Of a DNA stretch of 64,000 nt, positions 41,122 to 48,399 are shown in pieces. The stretch is from an uncultured Bacilli bacterium (GTDB taxonomy: Bacteria > Bacillota_I > Bacilli_A > RF39 > UBA660), in the NCBI GenBank assembly GCA_934090795.1, contig CAKOJQ010000005.1, positions 54,391-118,390 on the forward strand, written 5' to 3'. Position numbers and translations under genes: made by a program. The notes beneath the pieces are model-generated. The model made no database searches. It was not told the origin of the DNA and was given only the letters and a program-made list of their open reading frames with translations. Position 1 is the stretch's first letter. The number at the start of each line of letters is the position of its first letter.

Positions 41122-41769
41122 TTACCACTTTATTTCTTCTAGTCCTTTACTTTTTAAATAATTATTACACTTTGAAAATGGTTTAGAGCCAAAAAAACCA
41201 TTATATGCACTAAAAGGAGATGGATGTGCACTCTCAATAATATAATTATTTTTAATTAAAGTTTTCTTACTTCTAGCATAATTACCCCAAAGTATAAAAA
41301 CTACATCTCTTTTATTATTATCAATTAATCTAATAACATCATCTGTAAATTGTTGCCAACCTATATTGCTATGACTATTCGCATTATCTTTTTCAACTGT
41401 TAAAGTTGAGTTAAGCATTAAAACTCCTTGTTTAGCCCACGAGCTTAAATCACCACTAGTTCTTATTGGAACTCCTAAATCATCATATAGTTCTTTATAA
41501 ATATTTTTTAAACTTGGAGGTAATTTTACACCTTCTCTAACTGAAAATGATAATCCATGTGCTTCACCTACTCCATGATATGGATCTTGTCCTACAATTA
41601 CAACTTTAATATTAGCAAAAGGAGTTAATCTAAATGCATTAAAGACTTCATGCTTAGGCGGAAATATTACTTTATTTTTATATTCATTTTGCACTTTTAA
41701 AAGAAGTGGTCTAAAATATTCACCATCATATATATTTTTTAAAACTTTATCCCAATCATTACCAATCAT
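41122..41769 (-). CDS. ung: uracil-DNA glycosylase
   Basis: VVIVGQDPYHG, HGLSFSV and ESAHPSPFSA motifs. Confidence 0.92.
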   Translation of the reverse strand: MIGNDWDKVLKNIYDGEYFRPLLLKVQNEYKNKVIFPPKHEVFNAFRLTPFANIKVVIVGQDPYHGVGEAHGLSFSVREGVKLPPSLKNIYKELYDDLGVPIRTSGDLSSWAKQGVLMLNSTLTVEKDNANSHSNIGWQQFTDDVIRLIDNNKRDVVFILWGNYARSKKTLIKNNYIIESAHPSPFSAYNGFFGSKPFSKCNNYLKSKGLEEIKW

Positions 41770-41771
41770 AA

Positions 41772-42587
41772 TTAATCCTTCTTATATCTAAATAATCTAG
41801 ATGGCCTATGTCCTTCACCAGTTTTATAATCATCCGTTGCTTCAACCTTATTAGCAATAATTCTTCTAAAAGCAGGATCTAGTAATTTCTTATTAAGAAT
41901 AACCTCATAAACTTGTTGTAACTCTCCCAATGTAAACTCCTTAGGCATCATATTAAACACAATATCTGTATACATTATCTTATTCTTTAATCTTTCAATT
42001 CCAGATAAAATAACTAACGCATGATCAAACGCTAAATCATTATTTTCAACTATTTCAAACTTATATCTATCAGTTGTTTTATCTTTTAATATCTTCTTAA
42101 TTCTGGTTTTTAATATATCTTTACCATTATCAAGAATAATTGTAACAATTCCATTTTCTTCTTTAACACTAACATTAAACCAAGAAGCATTTTCCATTAG
42201 TTTAGTATTTAATCTATTTTTATCAATTAATGCCATATAAGCTGTTGAAACAATACGCATTCTAGGATCTCTATGAACATCACCAAATGTATATAATTGT
42301 TCTAAATAAATATTATCTAAATTAGTTTCTCTTTTTAATATCCTATTGGGAGCATCTTCTAAGTCTTCATGTACATCTAAAAAACCTCCTGGTAAACACC
42401 ATTTATCCTTAAATGGATAATCATCTCTTTTAACTAATAATATACTCATATTTTTTTTTGAAGTTTTACGATAATTATCAACCTTTTCATTTGCAATTGA
42501 AATAATTAATATATCAGTTGTTAATGATAACTTTTCAAATTTACTTGAATCATAATGTTTTAAAAATTCTTCTTCACTTTTATACAT
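41772..42587 (-). CDS. nrtR: Nudix-related transcriptional regulator, NrtR-like
   Basis: Nudix fold (PGGFLDVHEDLEDAPNRILKRETNL) fused to a C-terminal winged-helix-like region (FTLGELQQVYEVILNKKLLDPAFRRII). 271 aa, which fits my recollection of NrtR size. Confidence 0.6.
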   Translation of the reverse strand: MYKSEEEFLKHYDSSKFEKLSLTTDILIISIANEKVDNYRKTSKKNMSILLVKRDDYPFKDKWCLPGGFLDVHEDLEDAPNRILKRETNLDNIYLEQLYTFGDVHRDPRMRIVSTAYMALIDKNRLNTKLMENASWFNVSVKEENGIVTIILDNGKDILKTRIKKILKDKTTDRYKFEIVENNDLAFDHALVILSGIERLKNKIMYTDIVFNMMPKEFTLGELQQVYEVILNKKLLDPAFRRIIANKVEATDDYKTGEGHRPSRLFRYKKD

Positions 42588-42675
42588 AATTAGTATCTCC
42601 TCTTATTAACATTTTAATTATATCATAATAATTATTAAAACACGATAATTAAATAGAATATCTCTTAAATTTTTA

Positions 42676-42710
42676 TAAATAAAAATCACCAAACTCAAAA
42701 CTTTTGGTGA
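42676..42710 (-). terminator. rho-independent terminator after the Panacea-domain gene
   Basis: The minus strand reads TCACCAAA-agttttgag-TTTGGTGA followed by TTTTTATTTAT. Confidence 0.6.
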
Positions 42711-42716
42711 ATATAT

Positions 42717-43268
42717 CTATTTTAAAAATTTTGATTTTTCATGACAAGAATTTTCTTTTTTTAGAAATTCTATTAAATCTCTTAAATTATTTTCATTTCG
42801 AATATATTGTTTCATTTCATCTTTAGATATAACTTTATCTTCTTGATGATAAGCATAATACCATAATCCAGATGAATCACATATATAATTTTTTAATTTC
42901 CAAGTAGGAATATCTATAGTATTATCAACCATAATATTTATTAATAATTTTTCTTCTTCATTTAATTCATATTTAGCATTTCGACATGGACACATATCAC
43001 CATCTTGATAAACAAACCAATTATCATAAATTTGTGGGATAACTGGTCCGTGAGGCCATGCTACGAAATCTTCTAGTATCATCTTACATTCATCGTGATT
43101 AACTAGCCAAAATAATTTACACAAATAAATAATTTTTTGAACTTTACTACTTGTAAGCATTACTCTAGTTTTTCCTAATTCATTTCTCCAAATATTTTGA
43201 GCATTCGTTCTTTTAATAATTTTATTAACAACACTATAACAATTTGGAATATTTTCAAATGTTTCCAT
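42717..43268 (-). CDS. Panacea (DUF4065, SocA/GepA-like) domain protein
   Basis: LTSSKVQKIIYLCKLFWLVNHDECKMILEDFVAWPHGPVIPQIYDNW matches the KLQKLLYY..L....plf.e.feAW.hGPV...iY core of the family. RBS TAGGAGGA. Confidence 0.6.
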   Translation of the reverse strand: METFENIPNCYSVVNKIIKRTNAQNIWRNELGKTRVMLTSSKVQKIIYLCKLFWLVNHDECKMILEDFVAWPHGPVIPQIYDNWFVYQDGDMCPCRNAKYELNEEEKLLINIMVDNTIDIPTWKLKNYICDSSGLWYYAYHQEDKVISKDEMKQYIRNENNLRDLIEFLKKENSCHEKSKFLK

Positions 43269-43432
43269 AAAATCCTCCTAATCAAATATTAAATCATTAT
43301 GGATTACTACAAGCACAAATATATTTAACTACTTCTGCTGATGTAACTACCCATTATCATATCATATATTTATAGTAAAAAAACATATTATTATTTTATA
43401 TTTTTTAATTATGAAATATCGTGCATTTTTTC

Positions 43433-43462
43433 TTGACCTAACATCTAATAATTTGATATTCT
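43433..43462 (+). promoter_or_regulatory. promoter of small-peptide module 1
   Basis: TTGACC, then 18 nt, then TATTCT with TG one base upstream of the -10. Identical in module 2. Confidence 0.55.
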
Positions 43463-43530
43463 ATTACCTAAGGAACATTTAATTGTTTAGGTGATTACTT
43501 CTATTCTTTTTATAGAAAGAGGTGATAGTT

Positions 43531-43626
43531 GTGAATAAGAAATTATTATATTTTATTTTAATTAATTTATTTATAATTATTTTTATTTTATTCTATATTA
43601 TTATTAAAATGATTGTGTTAAAATAA
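43531..43626 (+). CDS. 31-aa hydrophobic peptide (type I toxin-like), module 1
   Basis: Not in the ORF track. RBS AAGAGGTGA, 5 nt, then GTG. Reads (M)NKKLLYFILINLFIIIFILFYIIIKMIVLK*. Confidence 0.5.
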   Translation: MNKKLLYFILINLFIIIFILFYIIIKMIVLK

Positions 43627-43727
43627 AAACCACCATAAACAGGGGGTTTTGTGAAAACTACAAAAAGGTAATCACTTAACATCCAAAATTAGGTGTTCCT
43701 TTTTTATTTTATGTAAGTCTTCCTTAC
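43618..43727 (-). ncRNA. predicted antisense RNA, module 1
   Basis: Minus-strand promoter TTGAAG (43762-43757), 17 nt, then TAGTAT (43739-43734) with a TGA extension. 5' hairpin GTAAG-GAAGA-CTTAC. Ends at hairpin AAAACCCCC-TGTTTAT-GGTGGTTTT followed by TATTTT, overlapping the peptide stop codon. Boundaries are predicted only. Confidence 0.35.
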
Positions 43728-43804
43728 ATATTCATACTATCATATATTTAAATTATCTTCAAGATATTAATTAGTTCAAATATGAAATATTGTGTATCTT
43801 TTCC

Positions 43805-43834
43805 TTGACCTAACATCTAATAATTTGATATTCT
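43805..43834 (+). promoter_or_regulatory. promoter of small-peptide module 2
   Basis: TTGACC, then 18 nt, then TATTCT. Same sequence as module 1. Confidence 0.55.
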
Positions 43835-43904
43835 ATTCCTTAAGGAACATTTAATTGTTAGTGTGATTACCTTTTTTCAAACATTATTGAAAGAAGGTAA
43901 TGTT

Positions 43905-43982
43905 ATGAGCAAGAAAGATTGTTTAATTTTTATCTTACTTATAATTATCATATTATTAATAGTAGTTATCTTGTCTAAATAA
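43905..43982 (+). CDS. 25-aa hydrophobic peptide (type I toxin-like), module 2
   Basis: Not in the ORF track. ATG preceded by GAAGGTAA, which is buried in a 14-bp stem (43867-43880 with 43887-43900). Reads MSKKDCLIFILLIIIILLIVVILSK*. Confidence 0.5.
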   Translation: MSKKDCLIFILLIIIILLIVVILSK

Positions 43983-43994
43983 CTACTATTAATA

Positions 43995-44104
43995 CAAAAA
44001 TTTCACCTAACACAGGGGTGTTTTGGTGTTTTTCCTATAAAGGCAATCACTTAACATTCTCCAAATTAGGTGTTCCTTTTTTATTTTATGTAAGTCTTCC
44101 TTAC
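43995..44104 (-). ncRNA. predicted antisense RNA, module 2
   Basis: Minus-strand promoter TTGTAC (44139-44134), 17 nt, then TATTAT (44116-44111) with a TGA extension. Same 5' hairpin GTAAGGAAGACTTAC. An imperfect bidirectional hairpin lies at 44004-44028. Boundaries are predicted only. Confidence 0.35.
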
Positions 44105-44162
44105 ACATTCATAATATCAAATTTTAATAATTTGTACAAGTATTACTAACGTAATTTCACAG

Positions 44163-44248
44163 ACAAACAAAATGAGTTCATAAATACCTTTGCTTTATAG
44201 ATTTCATTACTTGTAAGTTTTGCCCAAGCAAAGTTCACCTTTGTTTGT
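44163..44248. repeat. nested inverted repeat (possible structured RNA or recombination scar)
   Basis: The outer arms are ACAAACAAA (44163-44171) and TTTGTTTGT (44240-44248). The inner arms are CTTTGCTT (44188-44195) and AAGCAAAG (44226-44233). Confidence 0.4.
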
Positions 44249-44292
44249 TATCTATAATTATAAATTGCTATCATTTAAACTAAAGTTTAACA

Positions 44293-44662
44293 TATATTTG
44301 TAATTTAAAATATTATTTATTTCTTTAAATCTATGAGTATAATAAATTAGCTTTTTACTATCTATTATAGTACCAACTATATCGCCAAAATGATCTTTTA
44401 ACATAATATCAAATGCCAAATCCGGATATATTTCTACCTCATTAAATAATTCTTTATCTAAGTTAATATAATTAATATCTATTATATAAAAAATTATATA
44501 TTCTTCTTTTAAGTTATTAACATATTCTTGTTCTTCAGTAGTTAATTATTCATATACATGCATATTAACATAAAAATTATTTGATATTTTTGTATTAACT
44601 TCTTTATATTTAAAAGAATTACTTCAAAACATATTAATTTTCCAGGAAGATATACTCTATCA
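44293..44662 (-). pseudogene. decayed duplicate of the 5' end (about 125 codons plus promoter) of the large orphan gene
   Basis: Clear nucleotide similarity to 46722-47115, including the upstream TGTGATAGAGTATA box. Two in-frame stops lie near the 5' end. The open part reads ..TTEEQEYVNNLKEEY..NLDKELFNEVEIY..MLKDHFGDI..DSKKLIYYTHRFKEINNIL.., against ..TIEEQEFINNLKKEY..NLDKELFNEVEMY..MLKDNFGDI..DSKKLIYFAHRFKEINNIL.. in the intact gene. Confidence 0.65.
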
Positions 44663-44710
44663 CAAGTAAATAAAAAACGCAAAATTATTTATTAAATTAA
44701 ATTACGTGTT

Positions 44711-44854
44711 TTGTATTAACTTTACGATTGATATTCTAGTATAATACTGCCTAATAAATATTTAGCTGCTATCGTAATTACCTTTTTTCAAACATTAACG
44801 AAAAAAGGTGATTCTATGAGCAGGAAAGGTTGTTTAATTCTATCTTACTTATAA
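44711..44854 (+). pseudogene. decayed third small-peptide module
   Basis: Promoter remnant TTGTAT, 15 nt, then TATTCT. A 10-bp SD-burying stem is retained (44780-44789 with 44800-44809). ATG 44816 reads MSRKGCLILSYL*, which is module 2 (MSKKDCLIFILL..) with a 1-nt deletion. The 3' half of the module is replaced by the end of the large gene. Confidence 0.45.
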
Positions 44855-44862
44855 ACATCTAA

Positions 44863-47085
44863 TTAGCTTTTGCTTTTAACTAATTTATCAATTTCTTTTC
44901 CGACTGAACTAAATTGTAATTTTAAATCTTTTTTACATTTATTTAAATTTATAATATAATCATTAAGAGCAGTTTCATATGATTTTAAAATATCTTTTTT
45001 ATTTTCGCATTGTAAACTATCTTTTCTTGCTAACCATAAATAATCATTAACATTATATAAAACATTATTTTTTTCTAGTATTATCAATCTGTTAAACATA
45101 TTAGTAAAAACGAAATAATAATCTACTAGTTTTATTTGGTTCAAAGATTGAAAAATATCATAAAATAAATTATATATATAATCAAAAATTATCATGTTAT
45201 TTTCATTATTATCATCCATATCAAATATTTGTTTAGGCAAAACTATAGCAGAACAAATACGTTGCAAAATCACATCATATATTTGTGTTAAAAATTGCAA
45301 ATTATCTGATACACATGAAAGAATAATATCAAAATTAATATTTAACATATTATTTGTTTCTGGCAATATAAGCAATGTATTCTCTTTGTAGCTAAAATTC
45401 AAAATATCTATTATTATTAACATTTTTTCTAAATCATTATTTAAATATATTTTATTTAAATACGTATTTTCCGAATATGTATTTTCCCTTTCTTCACAAA
45501 TATTTATAGAAAGAAATTTTGTTTTACTAGGCACATATGTATCCATAATATTATGTATCGTATATGTTTTTGATTTACAACATTTATTACGATAGTAAAT
45601 AAATTTGCTTAAATTACAATTATCTGATAAAAATGGTAGAATATTAAAATTTATTTTATTTTTATATAATAAATAAAATAGTTTTTGGTCATTTAAAATT
45701 TTTGCCGTCGGTTTTGCTTTAAATGGCGAATATTCTTTTAGTTCGTTAGTAACTAATCCCGTAATATATTTATAAAATTCAATTTTTGTTGTTTGTTCAC
45801 TAATAGCAATATCTAAAACATTCCAGCCATATTTAAGTTGTTCATTAAAATATAAATCAAACCCATTTGAATAATCTAATGCTAAAAGAAAATCCAAATC
45901 TTCAAATTTTTTAATATCAAAAGAATCACTTATTAGTTTGTTTTTTGGTAAATCTTTTCTTTGACAAAATTCTACTTGACTTGAATTAAAAATATCCAAA
46001 AGAAAATTATATACTTTATCGTTTATAATACTTGTTCTAAAAATTTTGGATTTCTTTAATAAAAACATTTCTAACTTTTTTTGCAAATTTTTATTATATA
46101 TTTTTAATTCTTCATCACTTGCTTTATTTTGACAATATTTAATAAAACCATTATTAAAAGGCATACATGTATAAACATTAAATATTATTTGATATAATTC
46201 TTCAAAATCTTCTTTAGTTAATGTATTTCTACCATATTTATTAAAGATATTATAATACATTTTGATTATCATTAAATTATTTATCATTTCTTGATGACAA
46301 TTTTTATTTTGAATTTCACTATGTGCGATTATTTCTAGCTGTTCTTTTAGTCTATTTAACATATCTTTATTATCATATATGAATTTGTCTATATGTATTT
46401 CCATATATGTTATTTTATCAACTATTTCTAAATTATTATTAAAATCAAGTGATGAATTGAATAAATCATTATAATCTTTTTCTACTTCATTATACCTTTT
46501 TTCTAATTCATTTTTAATATTTTCACTTATATTTTTAGGGTAATTAGCAATTGCTTTGGCACTATATTCATATATTTTTTGATTAGTTATTAAACATGAT
46601 CTATTTATAATATCAATTTGATAATCAAGAGCTTTAAATATATTTATTTTTCTTTTACCTAATACATATAATCCCGTATATTTAGTTAGATATTTTTTAT
46701 CTTTTATTATTTCATTTAAAGCAATATATTTATATTTTAAAATATTATTTATTTCTTTAAATCTATGAGCAAAATATATTAGTTTTTTACTATCTATCAT
46801 AGAACTTAGTATATCGCCAAAATTATCTTTAAGCATAATATCCAAAACTAGGTCTAGATACATTTCCACTTCATTAAATAGTTCTTTATCCAAGTTAATA
46901 TAATCATCACAAGTTTCAAAAAGGCTTAGATATTCTTTTTTTAAATTATTAATAAATTCTTGTTCTTCGATTGTTAATTCTTCAAATGAAGGCATTATAG
47001 TATAAGAATTATTTGCTATACTCGCATTAAAATTATTACCTTTTTCACTTTTCTTTTTAAATAAATTGTTCCAAAACACATACAT
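44863..47085 (-). CDS. large orphan protein (about 740 aa), function unknown
   Basis: Long uninterrupted ORF. The track starts it at TTG 47115, but that codon lies inside the predicted extended -10 (TGATAGAGT). ATG 47085 or GTG 47079 downstream of a G7 tract is more plausible. No transmembrane segment, Walker A or other catalytic motif recognised by eye. Confidence 0.6.
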   Translation of the reverse strand: MYVFWNNLFKKKSEKGNNFNASIANNSYTIMPSFEELTIEEQEFINNLKKEYLSLFETCDDYINLDKELFNEVEMYLDLVLDIMLKDNFGDILSSMIDSKKLIYFAHRFKEINNILKYKYIALNEIIKDKKYLTKYTGLYVLGKRKINIFKALDYQIDIINRSCLITNQKIYEYSAKAIANYPKNISENIKNELEKRYNEVEKDYNDLFNSSLDFNNNLEIVDKITYMEIHIDKFIYDNKDMLNRLKEQLEIIAHSEIQNKNCHQEMINNLMIIKMYYNIFNKYGRNTLTKEDFEELYQIIFNVYTCMPFNNGFIKYCQNKASDEELKIYNKNLQKKLEMFLLKKSKIFRTSIINDKVYNFLLDIFNSSQVEFCQRKDLPKNKLISDSFDIKKFEDLDFLLALDYSNGFDLYFNEQLKYGWNVLDIAISEQTTKIEFYKYITGLVTNELKEYSPFKAKPTAKILNDQKLFYLLYKNKINFNILPFLSDNCNLSKFIYYRNKCCKSKTYTIHNIMDTYVPSKTKFLSINICEERENTYSENTYLNKIYLNNDLEKMLIIIDILNFSYKENTLLILPETNNMLNINFDIILSCVSDNLQFLTQIYDVILQRICSAIVLPKQIFDMDDNNENNMIIFDYIYNLFYDIFQSLNQIKLVDYYFVFTNMFNRLIILEKNNVLYNVNDYLWLARKDSLQCENKKDILKSYETALNDYIINLNKCKKDLKLQFSSVGKEIDKLVKSKS

Positions 47086-47135
47086 CACCCCCCCAGGCAA
47101 GGTATACTCTATCAAATACTAAAAATCACTAAATA

Positions 47136-47744
47136 TTAATTTTTACCTGACTTTTTTATATATTTTTTTATTTTTTTACAATCAAAACAATCACTTATAT
47201 AATCACTTAACAAATCGTATTTTTCAAGATTGCAAATTGTAAGAGGCAATAATTTTCTTTCATAATCTGATAATGATTGCAAGTAAAAAATAATTTTTTC
47301 TCGAATAATTGAAATTTCATCATCAGTAGAATCCATATTATAGCTTTCATCACAAATTGACGCCAAATAGGCAAATAAATGAATATCCCTCAAACTTTCA
47401 TATTCTTTATTACTATAAATTCTTAAATAATAATCTACAATTTCATTTAACTTATTTTTTGCTTCACCGCAACAAGAATCTTCAACGCTTTCAATTATAA
47501 TATTTAAATAAAAAACAAAACATGGATCATTAAGTAAGTCAGCATATTGTTTATATTTTTCAATATTTTTCAAGTCATAAGACTTAATAGCACTCTTTAT
47601 TTTTTCTTCATATCTATTATCACTAGAATAAATTGTTTCTAAACCTATTCATAAGCAACACTGATATCCAGCATTAATTATAGTTCTAAATTTATTTTAT
47701 ATTTCTTCAAAAGTCATTCCTTCAACATAATCTAAATAATACAT
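47136..47744 (-). pseudogene. paralogue of the 47797-48399 gene carrying two in-frame stops
   Basis: One frame runs from ATG 47744 (RBS GGAG, 9 nt upstream) and reads MYYLDYVEGMTFEEI*NKFRTIINAGYQCCL*IGLETIYSSDNRYEEKIKSAIKSYDLKNIEKYKQYADLLNDPCF... It aligns along its length with the 200-aa paralogue (..IEDIVAEFKKIIESHGKCYIKIGSFTITSDDKDYEEFIRNAILVYKNEAYKKYEELLKDPLF..). The track's 145-aa ORF (TTG 47573) is the part after the second stop. Confidence 0.55.
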
Positions 47745-47796
47745 AATAAACATCTCCTATCACAATTTGTATCAATTTTTTTACAAGTATATCATT

Positions 47797-48399
47797 TTAT
47801 ATTCTTTTTAATAATTCTTTAATTTCTCTATCTTCAAAATAATTATTATATATAAATTTAGCATAATCACCATATATGCTATATTTTATTATATTTTTTA
47901 AAGTATATAACATAATTTTTTTGTTATAAGCTGACAAATTTAACAAATAATTTATTTTTTCTAATATAATATAATGTTTATTTTGAGGTAAAATATCTTG
48001 TTTTGAGTGAACTAACTTAAATGCTACTAGTAATTCCGAAAACAATTCTATATCTTTTAATGTCTTGCTATAATCAACCTCAGCATATGTTCTTAAGTAA
48101 TGTAATAAAATTTCATCTCTATATTCATAACGAACATTTTCATTAATAACGCTCAAATGACATACAAAAAGAGGATCTTTTAAAAGTTCTTCATATTTTT
48201 TATATGCTTCATTTTTATAAACTAAAATTGCATTTCTAATAAATTCTTCATAATCTTTATCATCTGATGTAATAGTAAAACTTCCAATTTTAATGTAACA
48301 TTTTCCATGTGATTCAATTATCTTTTTAAATTCAGCAACAATATCTTCAATATTTTTTTCTATATCATATATTATTTCTGTTTCATTAGTTGTTAACAT
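47797..48399 (-). CDS. orphan protein (about 200 aa), function unknown
   Basis: Start moved to ATG 48399 (MLTTNETEII..), preceded by AAGGAGGAAAGTT. Upstream box TGTGGTAGAGTA. Helical composition, no family recognised. Confidence 0.6.
   Translation of the reverse strand: MLTTNETEIIYDIEKNIEDIVAEFKKIIESHGKCYIKIGSFTITSDDKDYEEFIRNAILVYKNEAYKKYEELLKDPLFVCHLSVINENVRYEYRDEILLHYLRTYAEVDYSKTLKDIELFSELLVAFKLVHSKQDILPQNKHYIILEKINYLLNLSAYNKKIMLYTLKNIIKYSIYGDYAKFIYNNYFEDREIKELLKRI

Noticed and set aside
43618-43727. par/Fst-type model, in which the two convergent RNAs pair through their 5' repeats
   Set aside because: The antisense RNA's copy of the AAGGAACA..GTGATTAC motif has the same sense as the toxin leader, not the complementary sense. 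The two 5' regions therefore cannot pair. The motif complementarity is between the 5' and 3' UTRs of the sense strand, which favours a 3'-overlap model.
45194-45391. 65-aa plus-strand ORF
   Set aside because: Antisense within the large orphan gene.
47136-47744. In-frame TGA suggested a possible genetic code 4 (TGA=Trp)
   Set aside because: All long ORFs are intact under the standard code, Trp is encoded by TGG throughout, and several genes end in TGA (for example the KilA-N and HD-domain genes). The same pseudogene also contains an in-frame TAA.
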